Assembly: GCA_965204965.1 (NCBI GenBank)
Contig: OZ242026.1
Coordinates: 1,738,458-1,802,457, forward strand
Length of the DNA: 64,000 bases
Direction: 5' to 3'
Origin: Nitrospirales bacterium
GTDB taxonomy: Bacteria; Nitrospirota; Nitrospiria; Nitrospirales; UBA8639
How positions within the stretch are numbered: position 1 is the stretch's first letter; the number at the start of each line of letters is the position of its first letter. The translations under genes were made by a program, and so were the position numbers. Under the pieces are notes generated by a model. It saw only the letters and a list, made by a program, of their open reading frames with translations. It was not told the DNA's origin and searched no databases. This document shows, in pieces, positions 43,832 through 54,234 of the stretch.

Positions 43832-44422
43832 TCATTTTACGCTTTGTCCAATCTCAGCCGCCTCAAAACCCGTCAATTCAATGGAGGCTTGAATGGCATG
43901 CCCCGGGTTTGCCCCAGTCCGTTCCCGGGCGTGAAAGTCCAGCGATCTCAACGTCAACTTGTTGGGTAGCGTTTGAAGCTCTTCGAGAAAGTGGGCAAGC
44001 GCATGATACCCTCCCTCGGCGTGAAGCCTAAGCGTGACGCGACGCACGTTGGTTTCCAGAAGCGGGACAGGCTCTTCTGACTCCCAGGACGTCAGTGCCA
44101 CGTCAACCGATTCCGCCTTGTCCACAATACCCGCGAGCACATGATCCATGGGTGCTGCCGACGGTCTCTTCTGTATTGCGAGCCGGCCAGTCAGCCTGCC
44201 GATTTCCTCTTTGAGCGTTTCCAATTCTCGATCCGGTTTTGACGTGACAAGTTGGTGGTCCAGTGATCGAAGGGTTTGTTGAAACGCCCGGGCGCGCTCC
44301 CGTTGCGGTTCCACGACGAATTGAAACAGGATGATCGACGTCAACCCTGCGCAAAGCAGCAGGAGCATGGTCTTGCGACTCTTAGGCGTGTCTTCCACCC
44401 AATCAAGAATTCGTTCCAGCAT
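43832..44422 (-). CDS. pilO: type IV pilus assembly protein PilO-like
   Basis: A single N-terminal TM segment (MLLLLCAGLTSIILFQF), a coiled-coil, and a position after pilN. Confidence 0.6.
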   Translation of the reverse strand: MLERILDWVEDTPKSRKTMLLLLCAGLTSIILFQFVVEPQRERARAFQQTLRSLDHQLVTSKPDRELETLKEEIGRLTGRLAIQKRPSAAPMDHVLAGIVDKAESVDVALTSWESEEPVPLLETNVRRVTLRLHAEGGYHALAHFLEELQTLPNKLTLRSLDFHARERTGANPGHAIQASIELTGFEAAEIGQSVK

Positions 44423-44975
44423 GATTCGGCGAGTCCATCAAGATGTTCATTGAAAATTGAAAGAGATCCGGCAACTCCACGTGAGGACCGGCGTCGACGA
44501 CTTCGACCGGCCCAAGCTTTCCGTGCTTTTCGAAATCCTTTGCGAGTTTCAACACGTCCTGAAGGGACCGGGCGACACCTGACAACGTCACCTTTGCATC
44601 CTTTGCCTGAAGATGCAACAACCACACGTCCAGAGGATCAACCACCCGGCTGATGATCGCAAGCAGGTGAATGGGGCGCCCCAACTCACTCGTCAAGGCC
44701 TTAACTCTTTCTTGTTCCGCCACCATGGCTTGCCGTCGTTCTTCCAGTGCCAAGACCTCCTGTCGGGTTGTTTGCAGCACCGCGACACGAGCCTGTTTGG
44801 CTTGCACTTCCCGTTCAAGCCGTTGCGTCGCCTGTGTGACGTCGATGGCGACCCATCCCCAAATCGCACAGACGCTCGCCACGACGCAGAGCCCCGCGAT
44901 CAACTCCGACTTGGCGCGCTTCCGCACCGGACGGTCATCGGATCGTTGGCTTCTCAGTAAATTAATGCTCACCAT
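44403..44975 (-). CDS. pilN: type IV pilus assembly protein PilN-like
   Basis: MVSINLLRSQR..., a TM segment and a coiled-coil. The start was trimmed from ORF 44403..45323 to the ATG that overlaps the end of pilM. Confidence 0.7.
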   Translation of the reverse strand: MVSINLLRSQRSDDRPVRKRAKSELIAGLCVVASVCAIWGWVAIDVTQATQRLEREVQAKQARVAVLQTTRQEVLALEERRQAMVAEQERVKALTSELGRPIHLLAIISRVVDPLDVWLLHLQAKDAKVTLSGVARSLQDVLKLAKDFEKHGKLGPVEVVDAGPHVELPDLFQFSMNILMDSPNHAGTNS

Positions 44976-46023
44976 GGTTGTCCTGATGCATGGCCAACCC
45001 CACGGCCACCCCTCCGAGGTGGGCCGAAGCCGAGAGTCGATCCCGGTGATCACCCGAACATTCGATTTCCTCAAAAGGATCGAACTGGAGAGTCGGAATT
45101 CCCAACGCGTCGTGCAACATACTTCGCAACCGTGGATCGTTCGATTGCCCGCCGCACAGAAAGAGCTTCTCCACGTCGAGTTCAGGATAGCGATCCAAGA
45201 CAGACTCGACACAGCATGTGATTTCCCTGACGACCTCCGCCATAGCCTGGAAATTCTCAGGGGAATCGGTTCTTGCCTGAAACGAACCGTGACTGGCCGC
45301 GCCCTCGCCGGCTGCCCCGTCAACGGCAGTCAGGTTTGATGACGTTTCATTCAAGATGACGTCGCGGACCACGAGAGGCTGCTCATCTGCGACGACGACG
45401 ATATTCATTCCACTTGCCCCTACGTTGACAATCGCAAACGACCTTCCCCGTGAGGCCCGACGTGTACGCAAAATTGTCTTCATTAACGCAAGACCATCGA
45501 CGTCACACACGACCGGATGAACCCCGATTTCTTCCAGCATCGTCTTACGACTTTCAACCACCTGCTGCTTGGCGGCTACCAGCAACAGTTCCAACTCCTC
45601 CGAGGCAAGTCGAGGTTGAGGCAGAATCGAATAATCAAAATAGATGTCATTCATGGCATACGGAATGTACTGACGGCCTTCCCACGTCAAGTATTCATCA
45701 AGGGCATCCGCCTTGACTCCGGACACGCGTATCCGCTTGACCATCACCGATGGTCCGGACACGGAGATGGCCACGGGACTGCCGAGGAGGTCACATTCTT
45801 GAAACAGTTCGGTAAGTGAGGCTTTGAGCCTGAGGGAAGCGTGGATGGATTCCTCTTCCGCCACCCTTGATTCAAGACGACGCACGCCGAATCGTTTGAG
45901 ACGATACCCGCCGGCACGTTGCTCAAGCTCGATCAGCTTGATCGCGGAAGACCCGATGTCCAATCCGACACGGATCTGCGGTCGTGACAACGCCTCGGTC
46001 CATTTCCGGAGTCGCTTCCTCAT
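44962..46023 (-). CDS. pilM: type IV pilus assembly ATPase-like protein PilM
   Basis: Actin-like fold start VGLDIGSSAIKLIELEQ, with 353 aa typical of PilM. Confidence 0.85.
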   Translation of the reverse strand: MRKRLRKWTEALSRPQIRVGLDIGSSAIKLIELEQRAGGYRLKRFGVRRLESRVAEEESIHASLRLKASLTELFQECDLLGSPVAISVSGPSVMVKRIRVSGVKADALDEYLTWEGRQYIPYAMNDIYFDYSILPQPRLASEELELLLVAAKQQVVESRKTMLEEIGVHPVVCDVDGLALMKTILRTRRASRGRSFAIVNVGASGMNIVVVADEQPLVVRDVILNETSSNLTAVDGAAGEGAASHGSFQARTDSPENFQAMAEVVREITCCVESVLDRYPELDVEKLFLCGGQSNDPRLRSMLHDALGIPTLQFDPFEEIECSGDHRDRLSASAHLGGVAVGLAMHQDNHGEH

Positions 46024-46260
46024 CGGCTGTCAATGGCGAGGACTCACCTGCCCTCCCAGGCAACATCCTTGACGTTTTGCTCAAAGGATTTAACCTACAC
46101 TGTTCTCAATTGACCGTCAAACAATGGCGATTTGGCTCAACTGCCGAGGAGATTTCTTGACGAAGAGTTCACGAGGAGCAACGCGTGACGTGTCAATGCG
46201 GCATCCGGGAAAGAAAACGGCCGTAGTGCGAAAACGCGCCCGACCGGAAAATTCTGTGCG

Positions 46261-47151
46261 TCAATATTCCGAACGATCCAGGTCCCGATGCCTGAGGGTG
46301 ACGTTGTAACCTAAGGGTGAGAACAGTTCTTGTACCTTGTGGGCAATCGCGACGGAACGATGCCTTCCGCCCGTACAACCGATGGCGATGGTCAAATAGC
46401 TCCGTCGTTCTCGCTCAAACAGCGGAAGGAGAAAAGCGAATAAGTTTCTCATCTGTTCGAGAAACCCCTGTGCCTCTTCGTTTTCAAGCACGTACTGCTG
46501 GATGTTTTCTTCATTTCCCGTTAACGGCTTCAACTCCAGAACGAAGTGTGGATTTTGCAAGAATCTGACGTCAAACACGAGGTCGGCTTCGTAAGGCACG
46601 CCAAACTTGTAACCAAACGTGATCACGGATACCTTCATCGAGTGCCGATGCTCAGGGTCACCGTACTGCTGCGCCATCCAATCGCGAAGTTCATGCACGG
46701 TCAACTCCGACGTATCCAGGACTCGATCGGCACGAGCGCGCAAGTCACCAAGGCGCTGCCGTTCGACCCGGATCCCTTCAAGGACGGGCTGCCGGGGAAG
46801 GAGCGGATGGGGTCGACGGGATTCCGAAAATCGACGAGTCAAGACCATGTCATTCGCTTCCAGATACAACAGTTCCACGATGGAGACGTTCGCTTGGAGC
46901 CGTTCTAGATTTTCGGAAAAATCCGAAAAAAATTCTCGTTCGCGAATGTCAATGCACAAGGCTATCTTTCGAACAGTGTGGCTGCGCTGGCTGCAAAACT
47001 CTGCAAATGACAGGAACAGCGCCGGAGGGAGGTTGTCGACGCAGAAGAAGCCCAGATCTTCGAGACATTTCAGGGCTTGGGTTTTTCCTGAACCGGATAA
47101 ACCCGTGACGATCACGAGATGCAGTGAACGTTCCGATCCGGTATCAGTCAC
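46261..47151 (-). CDS. rapZ: RNase adapter protein RapZ (YhbJ)
   Basis: LVIVTGLSGSGKTQALKCLEDLGFFCVDNLP and C-terminal CTGGRHRSV. Confidence 0.9.
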   Translation of the reverse strand: MTDTGSERSLHLVIVTGLSGSGKTQALKCLEDLGFFCVDNLPPALFLSFAEFCSQRSHTVRKIALCIDIREREFFSDFSENLERLQANVSIVELLYLEANDMVLTRRFSESRRPHPLLPRQPVLEGIRVERQRLGDLRARADRVLDTSELTVHELRDWMAQQYGDPEHRHSMKVSVITFGYKFGVPYEADLVFDVRFLQNPHFVLELKPLTGNEENIQQYVLENEEAQGFLEQMRNLFAFLLPLFERERRSYLTIAIGCTGGRHRSVAIAHKVQELFSPLGYNVTLRHRDLDRSEY

Positions 47152-47224
47152 GTCGACCTAAGGTGAGTCTTTGTCATCGGGAAAAACAATACGGGGGTGA
47201 AGCGCCGTCACGGAGCGGGCCGCT

Positions 47225-48757
47225 TCAATAAATCCGTTTCCGCTGGCTGGCCGTGGCTATGTTGAGTTCCGCTCGATATTTGGCAACCGTCCGCCTGGCA
47301 ATAACGATCCCTCTGGCGCGCAACCTCGACACAATCTCCTGATCTTTCAAAGGTTTCGCGGGATTCTCCTGCGCAACCATTTCACGGATCAACTCACGCA
47401 CCGTGATCGAAGATAAGTCTTCAGCACCCGGGTCCGCACGCTGAATGCCGGCGTTAAAGAAATATTTCAGTTCCAACATGCCCTGAGGGCAATACATGTA
47501 TTTATTGGTCGTCACCCGACTGATGGTCGACTCGTGCATGCCGACGTCTTCAGCTACCTGCTTCAGGACGAGTGGCTTCAAATACTGAATGCCTTTTTCC
47601 AGAAAAGCTTCCTGAAACGTGATTAAACTTTCTACGACTCTCAGAATTGTCTTGTTCCTCTGCTCAAGACTGCGGATAATCCACTGCGCCCCCCGCAGTT
47701 TGTCCTCCAAATAGGCCTTCGTGGCGTCTCCATCTCCACGTTTCGTTCCCAACATGTCCGTATAATACGGATTAAGACGCACGCGGGGCATCCCATCGTC
47801 ATTGAGGACTACCCGCCATTTGTCTTCATCCTTGAAGACGAACACGTCCGGCACAATCACCTGGTTATTGTCGAAACCATAGGGTCGGCCCGGTTTCGGT
47901 TCCAACCCTTCAATAATATGCACGGCCTCTACAATTTCTTCGACGGACCTCCCGACGGCTTTGGCAACAGTGGAGTATCGCTTTTTCTGGAGATCGTGCA
48001 GATGGCCCTTGATTATCAATTCAAGCAATGATTCCTGACGAGTACCGCCATGCGCGTATCCGTTGCCGATAGGATTATGGAGGTGGCGAAGTTGAATCAA
48101 TAAACATTCCTGCAGATCCCGGGCCGCGATCCCCAGCGGATCGAACGTTTGAATCAAGGACAACACGGAATCCACTTTGGCGACGGAGACCCTCGCTTCT
48201 TCGGCAATTTCCTCGATCGACGTTCGAAGATACCCGTCTTCATCGAGATTGCCGATGAGCAAATGACCGATGGTTTTTTCTTCTTCATCTTCGGAAGAAA
48301 GCCGTAACTGCCACAGCAGGTGATCTTCCAACGTAGACGGCTTGGTCAGCGTTTGGTCATAAGAAGGAAAATCCCCTTCCGGCAACGTTCCGGACTCGCC
48401 ACCCCTCGGTCGCCAGTCACTTTCAAAATAGTCTTCCCATCCCCCCGGCGAGAGCGGTTCGGAAAATTCATGAACGGCCACGGACTCGATCTCGCTCCCT
48501 GAATCGCGGCCATCGGCACCAGAACTGCCGCTGACCTCTCCTTCTCCTTCGGGGGCCACCTCTTCCGGTGTAGGCCCGTCTCCCTCATCGGCATCGACAC
48601 TCGACTCTTCAAGAAGCGGATTCTCCAGTATTTGTTGAGCAAGAACCTGCTGTAATTCCAGTCTGGATAACTGCAAGAGCTTGATGGCCTGTTGAAGTTG
48701 GGGTGTCATCACCAACTTCTGACTGAGCCGAAGATCGAGTTTGAGTTCCATCGCCAC
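47225..48757 (-). CDS. rpoN: RNA polymerase sigma-54 factor
   Basis: LSQKLVMTPQLQQAIKLLQLSRLEL, HTH, and RpoN box ARRTVAKYR. Confidence 0.95.
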   Translation of the reverse strand: MAMELKLDLRLSQKLVMTPQLQQAIKLLQLSRLELQQVLAQQILENPLLEESSVDADEGDGPTPEEVAPEGEGEVSGSSGADGRDSGSEIESVAVHEFSEPLSPGGWEDYFESDWRPRGGESGTLPEGDFPSYDQTLTKPSTLEDHLLWQLRLSSEDEEEKTIGHLLIGNLDEDGYLRTSIEEIAEEARVSVAKVDSVLSLIQTFDPLGIAARDLQECLLIQLRHLHNPIGNGYAHGGTRQESLLELIIKGHLHDLQKKRYSTVAKAVGRSVEEIVEAVHIIEGLEPKPGRPYGFDNNQVIVPDVFVFKDEDKWRVVLNDDGMPRVRLNPYYTDMLGTKRGDGDATKAYLEDKLRGAQWIIRSLEQRNKTILRVVESLITFQEAFLEKGIQYLKPLVLKQVAEDVGMHESTISRVTTNKYMYCPQGMLELKYFFNAGIQRADPGAEDLSSITVRELIREMVAQENPAKPLKDQEIVSRLRARGIVIARRTVAKYRAELNIATASQRKRIY

Positions 48758-48779
48758 TATCCGGACTGGCCCGACACGT

Positions 48780-49523
48780 TCAGAGCCGAAAGCGTTCGCC
48801 CAGGTAAATTTCTCTCACCTTGGGACTCTTGACAATGGCTTCCGACGTACCTGCTTCAAGGATCGTTCCTTCATTAATGATATACGCCCGCTCGGTTATG
48901 GAGAGCGTCTCTTGCACGTTATGATCCGTCGTCAGGATACCGATGTTTCTTCTTTTCAGGGACTGAATGATTTTTTGGATGTCGGCGACCGCGATGGGAT
49001 CAATGCCGGCAAAAGGTTCATCCAACAATAAGAACTGAGGGGTCGTGGCCAGAGCCCTCGTAATTTCCAATCGACGACGCTCGCCTCCGGACAGCGTATA
49101 GGCTTTGCTGTATCGAATATGGCCTAATCCGAGTTCGTTCAATAAACTTTCCAAGCGTACCTGACGCTCATCCCTGGAAATGTCCAGGGTTTCCAGAACG
49201 GCACAAATATTATCTTGTACGGATAATCGACGGAAAACCGATGCTTCTTGCGGGAGATAGCCAATACCTCGGCGGGCCCTTTGGTACATCGGCAACGCCG
49301 TAATTGGATCCTGATTTAAGAAAATCTGCCCATGATCAGGCTCGCAAAGGCCAACCACCATGTCGAAAATGGTCGTTTTCCCTGCTCCGTTCGGCCCTAA
49401 TAGGCCGACAATTTCTCCTGACTCGACATCTAAAGAGACGCCTCGCACGGCATCCCGGCCTTTGAAACTCTTGCGTAGTTCCTTGACGGAAAGCCTGGAG
49501 TACGCCATGACGAGCTGTAACAT
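48780..49523 (-). CDS. lptB: LPS export ABC transporter ATP-binding protein
   Basis: [36 protein letters not shown]. Genomic context is lptC-lptA-lptB-rpoN. Confidence 0.9.
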   Translation of the reverse strand: MLQLVMAYSRLSVKELRKSFKGRDAVRGVSLDVESGEIVGLLGPNGAGKTTIFDMVVGLCEPDHGQIFLNQDPITALPMYQRARRGIGYLPQEASVFRRLSVQDNICAVLETLDISRDERQVRLESLLNELGLGHIRYSKAYTLSGGERRRLEITRALATTPQFLLLDEPFAGIDPIAVADIQKIIQSLKRRNIGILTTDHNVQETLSITERAYIINEGTILEAGTSEAIVKSPKVREIYLGERFRL

Positions 49524-49552
49524 GTCAGCGATGGTCCACGGCCTGGCGGCCC

Positions 49553-50077
49553 CTACTCTTCGAGAATCACCACGTGGGACCCGCCCTCGACGACACTCCG
49601 TTCTTCTTTTAAAAACATGGTCATTTGGGCTCCCTTGATCTTGGTCCCACCTTGCCAGGCCACCGGCGACTCCGTCAGCACAAGTTTTTCTTCATCTTTA
49701 TAATACAACGCGCGCCCACACGTCGCTTTCCCATCCGATTTCTCAATGACCACTTTGCCGTTCGCCTCGATGCGGTCAACCTGATGTGCGGTCCCCTCTT
49801 CCGTTTGCCGGCTTCCATTTTTCGCGCTCTCTTTGAACGTTACCACCATGTGGTCCGAGCGCATGACAAAGTTCCCTTTCTTGAGGACCACCGTTCCTTC
49901 GAAGATCGTCTGTCTGGATTTTCCTTGGACGGTCATTGTCTCTGACGTAATCGTCGTTTCCTCTTTTTTCTGGGCAAAGGCGCAAGGAACGGCCTGCGCC
50001 GACACAAGGCCAAAGACGAGCAATCCAATGAAGATCGAGTGACCGTATTCAAGACGTAATGTGGACGTGGACATCAT
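49553..50077 (-). CDS. lptA: LPS transport periplasmic protein LptA (OstA-like)
   Basis: Signal peptide and a beta-jellyroll-like repeat pattern. It lies between lptC and lptB. Confidence 0.7.
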   Translation of the reverse strand: MMSTSTLRLEYGHSIFIGLLVFGLVSAQAVPCAFAQKKEETTITSETMTVQGKSRQTIFEGTVVLKKGNFVMRSDHMVVTFKESAKNGSRQTEEGTAHQVDRIEANGKVVIEKSDGKATCGRALYYKDEEKLVLTESPVAWQGGTKIKGAQMTMFLKEERSVVEGGSHVVILEE

Positions 50078-50615
50078 CGAGAACTCCTAATTTTTCTGTT
50101 TTCAACTCTGCAACCAACCCGTTACCCGTTATAATCAATCCGGGACCGTGTATGGTGACCGGCCTATCCGTGCTGATGGTCTGCTCTGCATCCACCCAGT
50201 GTACGTGCGGGGTCAGGATTGTGTATCCATTGACCAAAGCAATCGCAATCAATTCATCTTCGTTTCGTAGATCGAAATCGCCGCTGGCCGTATTGATCGT
50301 TCCTTCGTCAGCCTCCAACTCCATGTTTTGCCCTGCCTTGCCGAACAAACGAACCTGAACGCGCTTCAACAGGACGTGTTGTTCGGATTCACGGCTTTCC
50401 GCTTTTAGCGCTTCCACCTCCCACTGGACCCGCCCGTCTTCGGTTTGCCGGTATACAAAACCCTCGATACCAGCATCGGTCGTTTCAAAGACCGGTTCCG
50501 TTACAAGAGGGAGAGGTTGGTTGGACTGCATTTGCTGCATGAGGACATACCCGAGAAAGCCTGCCAAACACAGGGTCATCCCCCTTAGAATCCATCGAAT
50601 CCATGAGCGAAACAT
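50049..50615 (-). CDS. lptC: LPS export system protein LptC-like
   Basis: A single N-terminal TM anchor, about 190 aa, immediately upstream of lptA. Confidence 0.6.
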   Translation of the reverse strand: MFRSWIRWILRGMTLCLAGFLGYVLMQQMQSNQPLPLVTEPVFETTDAGIEGFVYRQTEDGRVQWEVEALKAESRESEQHVLLKRVQVRLFGKAGQNMELEADEGTINTASGDFDLRNEDELIAIALVNGYTILTPHVHWVDAEQTISTDRPVTIHGPGLIITGNGLVAELKTEKLGVLDDVHVHITS

Positions 50616-50621
50616 CGGTTA

Positions 50622-50763
50622 GGAACCTCTGATTTATCGCACTATCGGGCGCATGGCTGCGTTGTGTCCTCGCTCACCCCTCACCTCTCTCTCTGATAAG
50701 CCTCGGGGTTCGCTCCGGGACGCCTTGCCCTGCATCCCGCTATCACCATAAATCAGAGGTTCC
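50622..50763 (+). mobile_element. 142-bp MITE-like element, copy 2
   Basis: Terminal inverted repeats (TIRs) GGAACCTCTGATTT...AAATCAGAGGTTCC. Direct GTTA/GTTA flanks. It starts 6 nt from the lptC start codon. Confidence 0.75.
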
Positions 50764-50952
50764 GTTAGCACGTCAATGATGGCTTGGAAGGAATTTGAAA
50801 CACAATACCATACGCCCCCAACCAAGTAAACTAAACGGCCGTTCAGACGCGCTGATGCTTGACTATGAATGGGAAATCCGCGGGGGACAGGCTGTCATGT
50901 CACGGACTCCCGTAAGGCCGGACATGCGAGGAGGAAGGGACTGCCAAAAAGC

Positions 50953-51360
50953 TTATGACGCCTTGTCTTCGGTCACCGGTTCGTCCACGTCCACACTCAC
51001 CGGCCCGCGTTCAATCAGTTCAACCGCCACAAGTTCCGCGGCATCCCCGGGGCGCCGTCTCGTTGGGATGATCCGAACGTACCCTCCGGACCGGCGATCG
51101 AACCGTCCGGCAACGTCACCGAATAACTTGGAGACGACGTCTTTTTTTCGGATGAAAGTCAAGGCTTGCCTTCGCGCGTGCAGAGAACCTTCTTTCCCTA
51201 GGGTGATCATTCTTTCTGTGAGGCCGCGAAGCTCTTTCGCTTTGGCCTCCGTGGTCTCGATACGTTCGTGTTCCAGTAACGCAGTGACCAAGTTCCGAAA
51301 CATCGCGTGGCGATGTTTGGTATTGCGCCCTAATTGTCTGCCTTTTTTTCGATGTCGCAT
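50953..51360 (-). CDS. rplQ: 50S ribosomal protein L17
   Basis: MRHRKKGRQLGRNTKHRHAMFRNLVTALLEHERIETT. Confidence 0.95.
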   Translation of the reverse strand: MRHRKKGRQLGRNTKHRHAMFRNLVTALLEHERIETTEAKAKELRGLTERMITLGKEGSLHARRQALTFIRKKDVVSKLFGDVAGRFDRRSGGYVRIIPTRRRPGDAAELVAVELIERGPVSVDVDEPVTEDKAS

Positions 51361-51387
51361 TCCGTCGCTCTCTTGATAATATGTTAC

Positions 51388-51529
51388 GGAACCTCTGCTT
51401 TATTGCACTATCGGGCGTATGGCGGCGTTGTGTCCTCGCTCAACCCTCACCTATCTCTCTGATAAGCCTCGGGGTTCGCTGCGGGACGCCTTGCCCTCCA
51501 TCCCGCTATCACAATAAATCAAAGGTTCC
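51388..51529 (+). mobile_element. 142-bp MITE-like element, copy 3
   Basis: TIRs GGAACCTCTGCTTT...AAATCAAAGGTTCC (one mismatch each). It fills the rpoA-rplQ spacer and abuts the rpoA stop codon at 51530-51532. Confidence 0.75.
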
Positions 51530-52525
51530 CTAATGCGATTGGTTGTTGGTCTGCGCCAGGGTTTCTCGTCTCAGGCCCAAGCTCAACCCCATTTCAGCCA
51601 ACACTTCCTTGATTTCATTGAGCGATTTTTTTCCGAAGTTTTTGGTTTTCAGCATCTCGATTTCCGTCTTCTGCACGAGGTCTTCAATGGTCTTGATATT
51701 CGCATTTTTCAGACAATTCGCGGCACGGACGGAAAGTTCCAGTTCATTGACGCTTCGAGCCAAATGTTTATTCAATTCGGCTTGTGTTTCCTCGTACGCG
51801 GAATCATGCTCCACTTCTGTCATTTCTTCATTGGGAATGCAAATAGCCAAATGCTCACGCAGAATAGAGGCCGAAGAGGATACGGCCTCTTGCGGGGTGA
51901 TACTGCCGTCGGTCCAAATCTCAAGATTCAATTTGTCATAATCGGTCACACGGCCGACCCGGGCATTCTCCACGTGAAAGTTCACACGCTTAATCGGGGA
52001 AAATATCGAGTCGACGGGGATAACGCCAATGGGCAACGCTTCCTCTTTATTGCGTTCCGCCGGTACGTACCCACGACCCGGTTTCACAATCAACTCTATG
52101 TCGAGCATTCCGTCTTTGTCCAACGTCGCGATATGCAGTTCCGGGTTCAAAATGGTGATGTCCGCGTCATGCTGAATATCGGCGGCACTGACTTCACCAG
52201 GCCCTTTTTTCTTTAACCGCATCGCCTTCGATTTGTCGGTATGCAGCTTCAACCGAAGATTCTTCACGTTCAGGATGATAATGGTCACGTCTTCCGTAAC
52301 ACCGGGAAGGGTGGAAAATTCATGAAACGACCCTTCGATCTTGACAGAGGTCACGGCCGCCCCGGTTAACGAGGACAACAATACGCGTCGCAGGGAATTC
52401 CCGACCGTGGTTCCAAACCCGCGTTCAAAGGGCTCTGCCGTAAACTTACCATAGGTGGGCGAGGCTGTTTCCTTTTCCAATTCCAGCCGCATCGGCAACT
52501 GAAAATCCTTGATCCCTTTGTTCAT
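51530..52525 (-). CDS. rpoA: DNA-directed RNA polymerase alpha subunit
   Basis: [14 protein letters not shown]..., with the C-terminal domain [17 protein letters not shown]. The start was set at the ATG preceded by AAGGGAG. Confidence 0.95.
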   Translation of the reverse strand: MNKGIKDFQLPMRLELEKETASPTYGKFTAEPFERGFGTTVGNSLRRVLLSSLTGAAVTSVKIEGSFHEFSTLPGVTEDVTIIILNVKNLRLKLHTDKSKAMRLKKKGPGEVSAADIQHDADITILNPELHIATLDKDGMLDIELIVKPGRGYVPAERNKEEALPIGVIPVDSIFSPIKRVNFHVENARVGRVTDYDKLNLEIWTDGSITPQEAVSSSASILREHLAICIPNEEMTEVEHDSAYEETQAELNKHLARSVNELELSVRAANCLKNANIKTIEDLVQKTEIEMLKTKNFGKKSLNEIKEVLAEMGLSLGLRRETLAQTNNQSH

Positions 52526-52597
52526 TACGCTCCCTTTCACCTCAATCCGGCATAGCCGAGATATCGGCTCATATCCGGTTCGCCAACTCGTTCCCTG

Positions 52598-53224
52598 CTA
52601 GCGAGAATATAATTCGACAATGATCTGTTCATTGACCGGGGCCCCGATGTCATCTTTCGTCGGAAATGCCCGAATCGTCCCTTTCAACGCATCACGGTCA
52701 CAGTCGATCCAGTTGACGCCAGGCAGGTTGTCGGCGGCATCCGCCGCCGCTTTAATCGCCACTAATTCCGCACTCCGCGGCCTGACTTGAATCACGTCTC
52801 CCATGGCCGTCGTATACGAAGGAATGTCGGTTTTCCGGCCATTGACCAAAATATGACCATGATTGACCAATTGGCGAGCCTGCTTACGCGAAAATGCCAA
52901 TCCGATCCGGTAGACGACGTTATCCAGCCGTCGCTCAAGCAACGCCAGCAGGTTTTCACCCGTCACGCCCTCCTGACGTTCGGCGCGCTCGAAGATCCCG
53001 CGAAACTGGCGCTCCTGTACGGCGTACATCCGACGCAATTTCTGTTTCTCGCGAAGCTGCATACTGTAATCCGTGACTCGATGTCGAGCTTGTCCATGTT
53101 GCCCCGGAGGATAACTTCGACGTTCGATCGCACACTTGTCGGTCATGCAACGGGTTCCCTTAAGGAACAGCTTGACACCTTCCCTTCGACAAATCCTGCA
53201 TACTGGACCACGATAATTTGCCAC
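52598..53224 (-). CDS. rpsD: 30S ribosomal protein S4
   Basis: [23 protein letters not shown]... Confidence 0.95.
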   Translation of the reverse strand: MANYRGPVCRICRREGVKLFLKGTRCMTDKCAIERRSYPPGQHGQARHRVTDYSMQLREKQKLRRMYAVQERQFRGIFERAERQEGVTGENLLALLERRLDNVVYRIGLAFSRKQARQLVNHGHILVNGRKTDIPSYTTAMGDVIQVRPRSAELVAIKAAADAADNLPGVNWIDCDRDALKGTIRAFPTKDDIGAPVNEQIIVELYSR

Positions 53225-53294
53225 GTCTCTAGCCTCTCACTTTCAAAACTTCAGATTCCACCTTGGCGCGTCTGAAGGTTGAGTCCATCACCGC

Positions 53295-53678
53295 TTACAC
53301 CCGTCGCCGTTTCGGCGGCCGACATCCATTATGGGGAACCGGCGTCACGTCACGAATTAAATTCACGCGCAGGCCCACGGACTGCAGCGCGCGCACCGCC
53401 GACTCACGTCCCGATCCCGGGCCGTTGACGTACACGTCGATCTGGCGCATACCCTGCTCCATCGCTTTTCGGCCGGCCGCTTCCCCCACGCGCGTCGCCG
53501 CAAAGGGTGTACTTTTTCTGGCCCCTTTGAAGCCCAGACCGCCCGCGTTCGACCACGACACCGTGTTCCCGCTCATGTCGGTAATGGTGACCAATGTATT
53601 GTTAAAAGACGCCTGAATATGGGCAATGCCCATTTGCACGATTTTTTTCTCTTTTTTCCGACCTTTTTTTACGCTCAT
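53295..53678 (-). CDS. rpsK: 30S ribosomal protein S11
   Basis: [18 protein letters not shown]...[13 protein letters not shown]. Confidence 0.95.
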   Translation of the reverse strand: MSVKKGRKKEKKIVQMGIAHIQASFNNTLVTITDMSGNTVSWSNAGGLGFKGARKSTPFAATRVGEAAGRKAMEQGMRQIDVYVNGPGSGRESAVRALQSVGLRVNLIRDVTPVPHNGCRPPKRRRV

Positions 53679-53698
53679 GCTGTCACCTGGATGGCTGT

Positions 53699-54067
53699 TT
53701 ATTTTTTGGAACGGCCGATCGACGCCCGTTTCCCTTTCCGGGTTCGTGAATTCGTCTTGGTTCGTTGACCACGCACGGGAAGCCCTCTGCGATGCCGAAG
53801 CCCTCGATAGGTTCCCGTATCGATCAGGCGTTTGATGCTGAGAGTGATTTCCTTTCGAAGATCCCCCTCCACCGTGTAATCTTTATCGATCGTCTCACGA
53901 AGTTTGACAATGTCTTCCTCACGGAGATCCTTGACGCGCACGGCGGAATCAATGCCGGTCTTCTGCAAAATCTTCCTGGCGCTCCACGGCCCGATCCCGT
54001 AAATATAGGTCAAGCCTATCTCAATGCGTTTGCCCACGGGCAGATCAACGCCTGCTATCCGAGCCAT
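53699..54067 (-). CDS. rpsM: 30S ribosomal protein S13
   Basis: [26 protein letters not shown]. Confidence 0.95.
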   Translation of the reverse strand: MARIAGVDLPVGKRIEIGLTYIYGIGPWSARKILQKTGIDSAVRVKDLREEDIVKLRETIDKDYTVEGDLRKEITLSIKRLIDTGTYRGLRHRRGLPVRGQRTKTNSRTRKGKRASIGRSKK

Positions 54068-54102
54068 GTCTCCTCCTTCTTCACCTGACGCGGCCTTCCG
54101 CC

Positions 54103-54216
54103 TTACCCTTGTCTCTGCTTGTGGCGAGGGTTACTGCATCGGACCCGAACGATGCCACGTCGTCGGAAGACAATACATTTTGAACACATCGGTTTGACTG
54201 ACGATTTGACTTTCAT
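54103..54216 (-). CDS. rpmJ: 50S ribosomal protein L36
   Basis: Not in the ORF track because it is under 60 aa. Hand translation gives [37 protein letters not shown], in the expected infA-rpmJ-rpsM position. Confidence 0.9.
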   Translation of the reverse strand: MKVKSSVKPMCSKCIVFRRRGIVRVRCSNPRHKQRQG

Positions 54217-54234
54217 GAGAGCTGCCTCTTCTCG

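Noticed and set aside
47152-47224. Absence of hpf and ptsN between rpoN and rapZ
   Set aside because: This is a real observation (only 73 nt separate the two genes), but gene-content variation in this cluster is common. It is not evidence of anything unusual on its own.
50795-52216. + strand ORFs 50795..51376 and 51533..52216 opposite rplQ and rpoA
   Set aside because: They are antisense shadows of highly conserved genes.
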